From Spirochaetaceae bacterium (GTDB lineage: Bacteria > Spirochaetota > Spirochaetia > DSM-27196 > PWMO01): a stretch of 64,000 bases of DNA. Shown one piece after another: positions 35,142-43,991 of the stretch. Below the pieces are notes generated by a model. It did no database searches. It was not told the DNA's origin and saw only the letters and a program-made list of their open reading frames with translations. Both the position numbers and the translations under genes were made by a program. The stretch lies in assembly GCA_007693945.1 (NCBI GenBank), contig RECP01000052.1, positions 88,594 to 152,593 on the forward strand. The letters are read 5' to 3'. How positions within the stretch are numbered: the first letter of the stretch is position 1; the number at the start of each line of letters is the position of its first letter.

Positions 35142-36002
35142 ATGCGCTGGTACACGGCGCGCGAGCGCCAGCTGGAAGAGATCACCACGATGCTGCGCAG
35201 TCGCGAATGGTCGTGCGTTTCCTTCAGCGAACGGCTGCTGCACGGCGGACGGCCTTCACTGCCGCCGCGCGTGCGCGAACGCGTGATCTACTATCGCGAT
35301 AGCGACGCGCAAATGGCCGGAGCAATCCTGCAGAGCTTCACCGGCGTCTATCTTCCGTGTCTGCCACGGCCGGAGCGATGGGACAGACAACTGACCGCCC
35401 GGCTCGCCGACCGCTTGCGACGCGGCTCACTGAGCAACGCCATGGTGATGGGCGCCGAAGACGATGTGCGCCTGGTGGAGTCCGCAATTGCATCCCGGCC
35501 GGCCCACGCGGTTGACTACCTGCTGCTGCTGTGTGAACAGCCGTTGCCCGCGACACGAACCGCACCGGACTGGTTCCAGATCCGTCGTGCGGAGGAGTCC
35601 GACTGTCGGCTGCTGGCCCCGCTGCAGTTAAGCTACGAGGAAGAGGAGGTGCTGTTACCGGGGAGGTCTCTGAACGCCGCGGCGACGCTGCGGGGCCTGC
35701 GAACCCGCCTGCGCACGCAAGAGGTCTACCTGGCCCACATCAACGGTCAACCGATCGGCATGGCCGGAACGAACGCGCGCGGGTTCGATTACGACCAGAT
35801 CGGTGGAGTCTTCACCGTTGGCCGTTACCGCAACCGCGGTGTGTCACGCGCCTTGATGGCCCGACTCGCCCGCAGCGCGGCCTGCGCCGGACGACGCCTG
35901 TGTCTGTTTGTAAAACCCTCCAATGCGGCGGCCATTCGCATCTATCAACAGATGGGGTTCGTACGCAGGGACGACTTCAGAATCACGTACTACAATCAAT
36001 AA
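35142..36002 (+). CDS. GNAT-family N-acetyltransferase
   Basis: The C-terminal acetyl-CoA-binding block is FTVGRYRNRGVSRALMARLA...NAAAIRIYQQMGF. Confidence 0.65.
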   Translation: MRWYTARERQLEEITTMLRSREWSCVSFSERLLHGGRPSLPPRVRERVIYYRDSDAQMAGAILQSFTGVYLPCLPRPERWDRQLTARLADRLRRGSLSNAMVMGAEDDVRLVESAIASRPAHAVDYLLLLCEQPLPATRTAPDWFQIRRAEESDCRLLAPLQLSYEEEEVLLPGRSLNAAATLRGLRTRLRTQEVYLAHINGQPIGMAGTNARGFDYDQIGGVFTVGRYRNRGVSRALMARLARSAACAGRRLCLFVKPSNAAAIRIYQQMGFVRRDDFRITYYNQ

Positions 36003-36015
36003 CGGGAGTGTGAGC

Positions 36016-37524
36016 GTGAGTTCGAACGCCAGTGCAGATGACGGCGCGTTGAGAATCCTGATGGTGTGCAGCGAGGCGATGCCGTTCGCCAAGGCCGGGG
36101 GCCTTGGCGATGCGGTTTCAGCGTTGTGCCACGGCCTGCGGCAGCTAGGGCACGACGTGCGCCTGCTGTTGCCACGCTACGGGTTTATCGACCTGACCAC
36201 CCTTGAGGAACTCCCGCGCCCGCTGGGTGTGCCTATCGGTGGTCAGGAGTTGTGGACTGCAGTCTACCGCGGTATGCTGCCCGACGGGCTGCATGGAGAC
36301 ACCGTTACGGTATATTTTCTCGATTACCGTCAATTCTTTGACCGCGCCGGGATCTACAACACACCCGGGCAGCCCGAATATGACGACAACCCGCGGCGTT
36401 ACGCGCTGCTCTGTCGTGCCGCCTTCCAGCTGTGCCGTAAACTGCACTGGATCCCCGATATATTGCACGCCCATGACTGGCCCGCGGCGCTGGTCCCGGT
36501 CTACAATCGATTGCTGGAAGCGCATTCCGAGTTCAGTTTCTCTCGTGCCGTGCTTTCGATACACAATATCGGTTATCAGGGCATCACCGCGCGCCGGCAG
36601 CTCGATTCGCTTGGATTGCCGGCGGCGCGGATCGAGGAATCGGGACTGCTCTTCGGCGAGGCCATTAATCTGCTCAAGGGCGGCATCACCTGTGCCGACG
36701 CGCTGGTGACCGTTTCACCGCAGCACGCAATCGAAATCACCTCGCCTGAGCACGGCTTCGGTCTCGACGCGCTGCTGCGCGCGCGCCAGAGTCGGCTCGA
36801 AGGTATCATCAACGGTATGGACGAGAGCGTCTGGGATCCCCGGATCGATCCCCTGCTGCCGCACCACTACGGCACCGATGATCCGGGCAACAAGGCGCGC
36901 CTGAAGCGAACGCTGCAGCTGGAGATGGGATTGGCCCCCCGCACCGATGTTCCGCTGCTGGCGATGGTCTCGAGACTTGCCACTCAGAAAGGTTTCCACG
37001 AGCTATGCGACCACCAGCGCGGCGCGCTGCCACGCATCCTGGAGGTCCTTCCGGTGCAGATCGCCATTCTCGGCAGCGGAGACCCGCGGTTCGAGCAGCG
37101 CCTGCGCGAGCTGTCGCGTCTCCACCCCAACCTGGGACTGATTGTCGGTTACCAGGAGCGCCTGGCACATCTGGTACAGGCGGGAGCGGACTTCTTCCTC
37201 ATGCCATCGCGCTATGAACCGTGTGGACTCAACCAGATGTACGCTCTGCGCTACGGTACCATCCCGATCGTTAGCCGGACCGGCGGGCTGGTAGACAGCG
37301 TCGACGAGTTCGATCCGCTGAACGACAGTGGTGACGGGTTCTTCATCGATACGCCGACGCCGTGGATGATCTTTGATGCCGTCAGCCGTGCGGTGCGGCT
37401 CTGGCACTCGGACCCCGAAGCCGTGAAACGCATGCGCTGCCGCGCTATGCAGCGCCGTTTTCCGATTGCCGACACCGCGGCGGCCTACGTGAACCTTTAC
37501 CGGCGGGCCCTCTCGGATCGATGA
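36016..37524 (+). CDS. glgA: Glycogen synthase (ADP-glucose type)
   Basis: ILMVCSEAMPFAKAGGLGDAV, HAHDWPAA, and PSRYEPCGLNQMYALRYGTIPIV. GTG 36016 follows GGGAG. The exact start is uncertain. Confidence 0.9.
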   Translation: MSSNASADDGALRILMVCSEAMPFAKAGGLGDAVSALCHGLRQLGHDVRLLLPRYGFIDLTTLEELPRPLGVPIGGQELWTAVYRGMLPDGLHGDTVTVYFLDYRQFFDRAGIYNTPGQPEYDDNPRRYALLCRAAFQLCRKLHWIPDILHAHDWPAALVPVYNRLLEAHSEFSFSRAVLSIHNIGYQGITARRQLDSLGLPAARIEESGLLFGEAINLLKGGITCADALVTVSPQHAIEITSPEHGFGLDALLRARQSRLEGIINGMDESVWDPRIDPLLPHHYGTDDPGNKARLKRTLQLEMGLAPRTDVPLLAMVSRLATQKGFHELCDHQRGALPRILEVLPVQIAILGSGDPRFEQRLRELSRLHPNLGLIVGYQERLAHLVQAGADFFLMPSRYEPCGLNQMYALRYGTIPIVSRTGGLVDSVDEFDPLNDSGDGFFIDTPTPWMIFDAVSRAVRLWHSDPEAVKRMRCRAMQRRFPIADTAAAYVNLYRRALSDR

Positions 37525-37647
37525 CTGCCACAAAGCTTGGTGATTGCGATACACCCGCAAGACCGGCAGCCGCGGCACGGCGCTTGAAAGATTGCGCGCG
37601 TGCACCAACCACCCTGCCTGCCTCTGCCCCCGGCGCAACAATGCGTC

Positions 37648-38928
37648 TCATACCCCGTCATACGGGCCTGTCTTTCCTGCTGCTCGAGTTTTGACCAGGC
37701 TTCGTAGCAGTTTACGCTCGATGCGCTGTCGCCGCCGCACGAGCTCCGCTTGAACAGCGCGCGCGTGATCCCAGCCGGCAGCGCGTTCTACGATATCGGC
37801 CGCCGCGGCCAGGTCGCGGCGTCGGTGTTCGTGGTACTTGGCCAGTTCTACCGCCGCCCACAGACTGCGGCGCCGTTCGAAGTGCAGCAGCCACACCCGC
37901 TGCGCGGCACCCCAGTTGCCGCGTCGCCGCTGCAAAGCGCAGTAGTAGCGCGCGGCCGTCGCCGACTGCGGATGGTCGGGAACGCAGGCCAGCGCCTCCA
38001 GGCTGCTGAGCCCTCGCTGCCGCAGACTGAGACTGCCGGCAACACGGTAGGGCGACTCTATCAACAACCGCGCACGCTGCAGAGGATCCACGTTTCCGTT
38101 ACCGTCCTCATCAGCGGCCAGCAGCTCGATGCGTGCCAGCAGTTGCAGCAATGACGCGCTGTCCTGCAGCACGTGCGAGAAGACCGGCTGAATCCGGGCA
38201 CTGTCGCCGGTCCGGATGAAACGCAGCCATGCATCCGGAACCGCGGCTCCGTCGATGTCGGCCTGGCGCGTTATGCCGAGTATCTCGCGTTCAACCACCG
38301 AGAGCGAGCACCGCTCGAGGACCGTTCCGAACAGGCGCCGTGCAGGATGCAACAGGTCGATGTGCTGCCGCTCGACCGGCTCGATACGGTTGAGCAGGAA
38401 CCGATTGCGCAGAATGGCGACGTCAAACGCGCGACCGTTGTAGGTTACCAGGGTCTGCGCCCGTAGCAGCTGTTCGCGCACCAGTTGCAGGAATACCGGC
38501 TCACCGGAGAAATCGGACAGAAACAGCAAAGTCGTCTCTAACTCTTCAGCCTGCAGACGCGCAGATGCCAGCAGAAAGGCGGTTGTGCCGGCGCCGCCTG
38601 ACAGACCGGTGGTTTCGCTGTCCAGAAAACACAACCCCTCAGGGTCGGTCTCCGGTCCCACCAGCAGGCCACCGATGGAGGCACAGCGGCGCACCACTGC
38701 TGCCGCGGGAGCGGCCGAGCGATAGACTGCACGCCACACCTCCCCGGCGACCTGCTCCCACGGCGGCGACAGGCGAACCGCGGGTCGCCGACCCGGGCGC
38801 GGCTCTCGTCGCGCATCCGAGACGGATGCAGCATCGACGACGGAAACGCCGGACGGACCGCTATCCGGCCGAGAGGCTGCGGACTTAGCTTCCTTCTGCT
38901 GCTTGAGTCGTTCGTAGAGGTTGTGCAT
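37648..38928 (-). CDS. mrfB: RNase-H-fold (DnaQ-like) exonuclease with C-terminal TPR-like region, YprB/MrfB-like
   Basis: LCFLDSETTGLSGGAGTTAFL and LVTYNGRAFDVAILRNRF are exonuclease motifs I and II. The helical C-terminus is repeat-like. It lies downstream of, and overlaps, the helicase gene. ATG 38928 was chosen over 39048. Confidence 0.6.
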   Translation of the reverse strand: MHNLYERLKQQKEAKSAASRPDSGPSGVSVVDAASVSDARREPRPGRRPAVRLSPPWEQVAGEVWRAVYRSAAPAAAVVRRCASIGGLLVGPETDPEGLCFLDSETTGLSGGAGTTAFLLASARLQAEELETTLLFLSDFSGEPVFLQLVREQLLRAQTLVTYNGRAFDVAILRNRFLLNRIEPVERQHIDLLHPARRLFGTVLERCSLSVVEREILGITRQADIDGAAVPDAWLRFIRTGDSARIQPVFSHVLQDSASLLQLLARIELLAADEDGNGNVDPLQRARLLIESPYRVAGSLSLRQRGLSSLEALACVPDHPQSATAARYYCALQRRRGNWGAAQRVWLLHFERRRSLWAAVELAKYHEHRRRDLAAAADIVERAAGWDHARAVQAELVRRRQRIERKLLRSLVKTRAAGKTGPYDGV

Positions 38929-41218
38929 CACCCAACCACGCCTCCAGTAAGCCACGCAGAGCCAGCTTGGGATCGCCCGCAATCTCCTCGGTGCTGTCAC
39001 GCGGGCCGACGCACGAAGGGCAGCCCTGCTCACACGGGCAGCCGGCAATCAGGTCACGGGCCGCCGAGAGCACCGTCGGCAGGACAGTCACAAAGGCTTC
39101 AGCAAGGCCCGATCCACCGGGATAGGCGTCGTAGATGTAGAGCGCCGGCGCTCCGAAGTGCGGGTCGCGCAGCCGTTCGGCGAGTCCAATGTCGCGCGCA
39201 TCACACAACAAGAAGAACGGGGCGACGTTACGGATCACCGCGCCGATGCGTGTCATTGCCGGCGAGATCATAACCGGCTCGAGTTCGGCAAACGCGTTTC
39301 CCGCTGCAGTCCCGTCGGCAAATACCAGCGCCACGGCCCGCGTGTGCATCTCTTCCTCGGGCAACGAGATCGTACCGTAACCGATGTTCTCGTGGCTGCG
39401 GAAGCGGATCTTCTTGAATTTTGCCACCTGCGTGCGCACCAGAATATCACCAACTGCTACCTCGCAGCCGCCGATCCGTACACGGCGGTCTTCGTGAAGC
39501 ACCTTGATATCACGCTTGACCAGTGCGTCGGTAAAGTAGTTGACATCACTGCGCTCGACGAGTGCGCGCCGGTTTCCGAGGTCAAGCTGCAGGACGACGT
39601 ACTGTTCGCCGCGGTGCAGGTAGATGGCGTTGTCAAACAGCATTTCCTTGGCCGACGGCCGGTCCATCTCACCGATTACACGGTGCGCTCCGGCGGTAGT
39701 ATCGATGATCACCACGTTGTCCGATGTGGCACTGCGCAGTGATATGCCTTCGGCCGGATACCCGCGGTCGGCCCAGTAGTAGCTGTTTCCCGATAGGCGA
39801 ACGGTACCCTCCTCCTCCAGCAGCGCCAGGTGCTCCTCTACGGGGCCGGGGAAACCCTCGCCGCCGCCAAACGGGAGTTCGAACACGGCACACTTGAGGT
39901 GGTCCATCAGGACATAGATGTTGTCCGGATCGATGAACGCCGATTCCGGCGCGCGACCAAAAAAGTAGTCAGGATTCTTGACCATGTACTGATCGAGCGG
40001 GGCCGACGATGCGATCAGAATCGCCAGCGACACCGTCCGGCGGCGCCCGGCACGACCGAGCTGCTGCCACGATGACGAGATCGATCCGGGAAACCCGCCG
40101 AGGATTGCGGCATCGAGCCCGCCAATGTCAATACCGAGCTCGAGCGCGTTTGTAGAGACAACTCCGTGAATCGACCCGTCGCGCAGCCCCCGCTCGACCG
40201 CACGCCGTTCGCTCGGAAGATAGCCGCCACGATAGCTCTCAACGCGAATGCGCGCGTTATCGGTATAGACGTTGGCCAGGCTCTTGTTGATATAATCGGC
40301 AATCAGCTCGGTACGCACGCGCGAGCGCGAGAATACGATTGTCTTGATACGCTCGCGCAGCAGGCGGATGGCCACCTTTTGCGCCTCGTTGACCACACCG
40401 CGCCGAATACCCTGCACGCGATCGACCAGCGGCGGATTGTAAAGCACCACATAACGTTCACCGGCGGGCGCACCGTTCTCGTCGACCAGCGCGACCTGGC
40501 GTTCGAGTATCGCCTGCGCCAGCTGCAACGGATTACCGATAGTGGCTGAAGAGCAGATAAACACCGGGTTCGTGTTGTAGAAACGGCAGATCCGCCCGAG
40601 CCGCCGAACTACGTTGGTAACGTGAGAGCCAAACACCCCGCGGTAACTGTGCAGCTCGTCAATCACCACAAACCGCAAATGCTTCAGAAACTTGATCCAC
40701 TTGGGATGATTGGGCAATACCCCGGCGTGCAGCATATCCGGATTACTGATGACAATCTGGCCGGTCTCGCGCGCCGAAGCACGCAGGCTCTCCGGGGTAT
40801 CGCCGTCGTAGGTCGCTACCTTGACACCCAGCTCCGACGCCAGGACCACCTCACCCAGCTCCGATTGCTGGTCCTGCGACAGCGCCTTGGTGGGAAACAG
40901 ATAGAGCGCGCGCGTCTCGGGGCGCTCGATGATGGTCTGCAACACCGGCAGGTTGTAGCACAGCGTCTTGCCGGACGCGGTCGGTGTTACGACCACGCTG
41001 TCACGACCGCTGCGCGCGTTGGCGTAGGCGCGCGCCTGGTGAACGTAGAGCCGCTCGATTCCCCTGCTTCTCAGGGCCTGCTGCAGACGGGGGTCAAGAT
41101 CTTCAGGCAGATCCTCGTAGCATCCCGGGCGTTGCGGCAGCCGTTCCCAGCGTGTTACGCAGTTCATGAAATCGCGATCGTTCCGCAGGTCGGTTATGAT
41201 TCGATTGATGTCATCCAT
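38885..41218 (-). CDS. mrfA: DEAD/DEAH-box helicase with C-terminal DUF1998 zinc module, YprA/MrfA-like
   Basis: It has motif I TPTASGKT and motif II VIDELH, plus QQLGRAGRR. The C-terminal cysteine cluster is AGCPCEQGCPSCVGP. Confidence 0.8.
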   Translation of the reverse strand: MDDINRIITDLRNDRDFMNCVTRWERLPQRPGCYEDLPEDLDPRLQQALRSRGIERLYVHQARAYANARSGRDSVVVTPTASGKTLCYNLPVLQTIIERPETRALYLFPTKALSQDQQSELGEVVLASELGVKVATYDGDTPESLRASARETGQIVISNPDMLHAGVLPNHPKWIKFLKHLRFVVIDELHSYRGVFGSHVTNVVRRLGRICRFYNTNPVFICSSATIGNPLQLAQAILERQVALVDENGAPAGERYVVLYNPPLVDRVQGIRRGVVNEAQKVAIRLLRERIKTIVFSRSRVRTELIADYINKSLANVYTDNARIRVESYRGGYLPSERRAVERGLRDGSIHGVVSTNALELGIDIGGLDAAILGGFPGSISSSWQQLGRAGRRRTVSLAILIASSAPLDQYMVKNPDYFFGRAPESAFIDPDNIYVLMDHLKCAVFELPFGGGEGFPGPVEEHLALLEEEGTVRLSGNSYYWADRGYPAEGISLRSATSDNVVIIDTTAGAHRVIGEMDRPSAKEMLFDNAIYLHRGEQYVVLQLDLGNRRALVERSDVNYFTDALVKRDIKVLHEDRRVRIGGCEVAVGDILVRTQVAKFKKIRFRSHENIGYGTISLPEEEMHTRAVALVFADGTAAGNAFAELEPVMISPAMTRIGAVIRNVAPFFLLCDARDIGLAERLRDPHFGAPALYIYDAYPGGSGLAEAFVTVLPTVLSAARDLIAGCPCEQGCPSCVGPRDSTEEIAGDPKLALRGLLEAWLGDAQPLRTTQAAEGS

Positions 41219-41277
41219 AAGCGGTCTCCAATAGTAGCAGAAAAGGGGCTCATTCGGTAGATCAGGTCGATCTTTTG

Positions 41278-41307
41278 TTGACGGCGGCTTATCGGAGGCC
41301 GTAGAAT
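41278..41307 (+). promoter_or_regulatory. Sigma70 promoter TTGACG-18-TAGAAT placed 6 nt before the glgC ATG
   Basis: The -10 lies at 41302..41307, followed by ACAGTA and then ATG 41314. The A of the ATG is therefore the expected +1, giving leaderless geometry. Confidence 0.55.
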
Positions 41308-41313
41308 ACAGTA

Positions 41314-42594
41314 ATGCGCAACGTGCTTTCGATCGTTATGGGTGGCGGAAAAGGCACCAGACTCTACCCCCTTACCAAAGAGCGGGCCAAGCCGGCGGTT
41401 CCGTTTGCCGGCCGCTATCGGCTGGTCGATATTCCGATATCCAACTGCATTATTGCCGGCTTCCGCAAGATCTACGTCCTGACGCAGTTCAACTCCGCCT
41501 CGCTGCATCTGCACATTGCCAGCACGTATATCTTTGATTCGTTCTCTCAGGGGTTTGTCGAGGTTCTGGCGGCCGAGCAGACCTTTGACCACTCCGGCTG
41601 GTACGAGGGAACCGCCGACGCCGTGCGCAAGAACCTGATGCATTTCCGGCCGCAGGAACCAAGCCATTACATGATCCTGTCAGGTGACCAGCTCTACCGC
41701 ATGGACCTGCTTGACTTCTACCAGCGGCATATCGAGTCGGGAGCAGAGGTGACTATCGCGGCCACCGCGGTCAACCGCGAGCAGGCGGTCAGCTTCGGCA
41801 TTCTGCAGGTTGACGATCAGGGAGCCGTCACGGCGTTCGTGGAGAAACCGCCAATTGACCGTGACGTGTCGGCGTTGATTGTCCCTGAGCATCTGCACCC
41901 GGACAAGGAACAGCTCAAGCAGGGCCGGGAGTATCTGGCCTCCATGGGCATCTACTGCTTCACGGCGCAGGCGCTTGAGAAAGCACTCGACAACAACCTG
42001 ACCGACTTCGGTCACGAGGTCATTCCGGGCCTGATCGGAACGTCTCGTGTACAGTCTTACGTGTTTACCGGTTTCTGGGAGGACATCGGAACCATACGGT
42101 CGTTCTATGAAACCAACCTCAACCTCGCGTCAATCAGCCCGGCGTTCAACTTCTACGATGAGGATGCGCCAATCTATACGCATCGCCGCGACCTGCCGGC
42201 ATCCAAGTTCAATGCCTGTTCGTTGTCCAGCACACTGGCCGCCGACGGCTGCATCATTACCGACTCGGTGGTGCGCGACTCGATTATCGGCATCCGTACG
42301 ACCATCGAGCCCAACACACGGCTCGACGGCGTCATCTGTATGGGCGCCGACTACTACGAGACCAAAGAACGTCGCGCCGAAAACCGTGTACGCGGGATTC
42401 CGGATATCGGCATCGGGCGCAACTGTCTGGTTCGCCGCGCGATCATCGACAAGAACGCCCGGATCGGTGAGAACTGCCGTATCGGCATGGATCAGCACGA
42501 GCTGCCCGATGGTGATTACTCTACGCATTACGTGCGTGACGGCATCATTATCATCCCGAAGAACGGCGTAATACCGCCGGGGACGGTCATTTAG
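41314..42594 (+). CDS. glgC: Glucose-1-phosphate adenylyltransferase
   Basis: LSIVMGGGKGTRLYPLTKERAKPAVPFAGRYRLVDIPISNC and FWEDIGT. Confidence 0.9.
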   Translation: MRNVLSIVMGGGKGTRLYPLTKERAKPAVPFAGRYRLVDIPISNCIIAGFRKIYVLTQFNSASLHLHIASTYIFDSFSQGFVEVLAAEQTFDHSGWYEGTADAVRKNLMHFRPQEPSHYMILSGDQLYRMDLLDFYQRHIESGAEVTIAATAVNREQAVSFGILQVDDQGAVTAFVEKPPIDRDVSALIVPEHLHPDKEQLKQGREYLASMGIYCFTAQALEKALDNNLTDFGHEVIPGLIGTSRVQSYVFTGFWEDIGTIRSFYETNLNLASISPAFNFYDEDAPIYTHRRDLPASKFNACSLSSTLAADGCIITDSVVRDSIIGIRTTIEPNTRLDGVICMGADYYETKERRAENRVRGIPDIGIGRNCLVRRAIIDKNARIGENCRIGMDQHELPDGDYSTHYVRDGIIIIPKNGVIPPGTVI

Positions 42595-42604
42595 CGCGGC
42601 AGGT

Positions 42605-43006
42605 TCATGGCTGCCGACCGTATCGTGTCAGCAGCTGGGGCAGCAGCGCTCGGTCGGAATCGGCCAGATCGAGGGTCTCAACCTCGGACCACGGTGTCCA
42701 GCGCACGGTTTCGTGCTCGCTCAGCCGGAAACGCGCCGAACACAGAGTCACCTCGTATGCCTGCAGCAGGTAGTGCTCCGGGCCATTCTGGAACGCGGCG
42801 CGCGCCACTTCCGCGTCTACATGGCACCGCACACCGAGCTCCTCGTGCAGCTCACGCCGCACTGCCTGCGGCGCCGTCTCGGCACCGTCGACCTTGCCGC
42901 CCGGGAATTCCCAACAGCCACCGATCGCGCCACCCGGTTTACGCCGCGCCAGCAGCACGGTGCCGCAACGCACCACTATCGCGGCAACCGAGCGGTTCAT
43001 AGCCAC
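42605..43006 (-). CDS. NUDIX hydrolase (MutT-like)
   Basis: The Nudix box is GGKVDGAETAPQAVRRELHEELG. Confidence 0.8.
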   Translation of the reverse strand: MAMNRSVAAIVVRCGTVLLARRKPGGAIGGCWEFPGGKVDGAETAPQAVRRELHEELGVRCHVDAEVARAAFQNGPEHYLLQAYEVTLCSARFRLSEHETVRWTPWSEVETLDLADSDRALLPQLLTRYGRQP

Positions 43007-43009
43007 GAC

Positions 43010-43423
43010 TTACAGAAACAGCACCGAGGGGAATAGAAAATGCAGCGCGCCGATCAGTATGCCGGCCGTGCCGAACATACTACGATTCTGTACAAAGATC
43101 TTGTCTATTGAATCCAGCATTGGCGAGCTGACATCGGAGCGTGCGCGGTAGTAAAGCACCAGCAGTATCAACCCCTGAATGACGCCTGAAAGCGCGGGAA
43201 TCAGGTCCCCGACCACCGGGACGTCACCGTTGGTCACCGAGAGAAACTTGAAGAACCCTACCAGGAAAGTCGCGATACCGAGACCAAGCCGGAATCCCAC
43301 CGATTCGAACAGATCACGGTTGAAGATCGAGCTGAGATGTACCTTCTCATCGAGACCGTCGAAAGAGAGCGTTATCCCGGCTACAATGTTCGTGAGCACC
43401 GAAAGCAGGTAGATTTGAATCAT
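43010..43423 (-). CDS. Hypothetical small membrane protein
   Basis: From ATG 43423 the 137-aa product has about 4 TM spans (MIQIYLLSVLTNIVAGITLSF...). No family was recognised. Confidence 0.5.
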   Translation of the reverse strand: MIQIYLLSVLTNIVAGITLSFDGLDEKVHLSSIFNRDLFESVGFRLGLGIATFLVGFFKFLSVTNGDVPVVGDLIPALSGVIQGLILLVLYYRARSDVSSPMLDSIDKIFVQNRSMFGTAGILIGALHFLFPSVLFL

Positions 43424-43466
43424 GTGAAACTCCCCATAAAAGCATACCCCCAAAACGGTCCGCAGG

Positions 43467-43991
43467 TCAACGCGAATCCGCCGTTCGCCGTTTGAGCTGC
43501 AGTTGCTCAGCGTTGACGCTAATGTGCGCACGCAGCACCCCGACTGCGGGCGGACCGACGTACTCGAGTATACGCCGCTCTCCGGCGCGCGGCGGTAACA
43601 GATCGAGCACCGGCTGCGAGACGTGCCCGCCCTCGTCGAAGAAGGTGACCGTCACGATCTGATTCTGCATCGCGTGCGCGTCATCGCGTCGACGGGTGAG
43701 CCGCAGTTCCCACACACTCTGCTGCTGGTCAGTCTGCACGTGCAACTCGGCTTCCACCCCTTCGATAGTGCCCCGCCAGCTTTCACTGTTGAGCAAGGTC
43801 GACACTACCGCATAGATCAGCAGGATCACCGCAACGTCAATCATGATGATCACAAGCGAGCGATTCCGGCTGCGCCTGCGGGGCGCATCGGCCGGGACGT
43901 CCTGCTGCCGATCCCGCGACCAGCGCTGCCCGGGTCTTCGCGTATGGTAGACCGTGCGCCCGTCGTTCTGATAGTCACTCACTGGAATCAT
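43467..43991 (-). CDS. Hypothetical single-pass membrane protein
   Basis: From ATG 43991 it has a basic N-terminus, one TM span (LVIIMIDVAVILLIYAVV), and then a beta-rich domain of about 110 aa. It overlaps the end of nnr by 17 nt. Confidence 0.45.
   Translation of the reverse strand: MIPVSDYQNDGRTVYHTRRPGQRWSRDRQQDVPADAPRRRSRNRSLVIIMIDVAVILLIYAVVSTLLNSESWRGTIEGVEAELHVQTDQQQSVWELRLTRRRDDAHAMQNQIVTVTFFDEGGHVSQPVLDLLPPRAGERRILEYVGPPAVGVLRAHISVNAEQLQLKRRTADSR

Noticed and set aside
35781-35793. A tRNA T-arm-like GGGTTCGATTACG.
   Set aside because: It lies inside the GNAT coding frame, with no acceptor or anticodon stem pairing around it. No tRNA-sized non-coding gap exists anywhere in the window.
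38885-41218. The DUF1998 helicase as part of a DISARM-like or other phage-defence island.
   Set aside because: No methyltransferase, PLD nuclease, SNF2 helicase or second DUF1998 gene is nearby. The flanking genes are housekeeping glycogen genes. The downstream DnaQ/TPR exonuclease fits the MrfAB repair pair instead.
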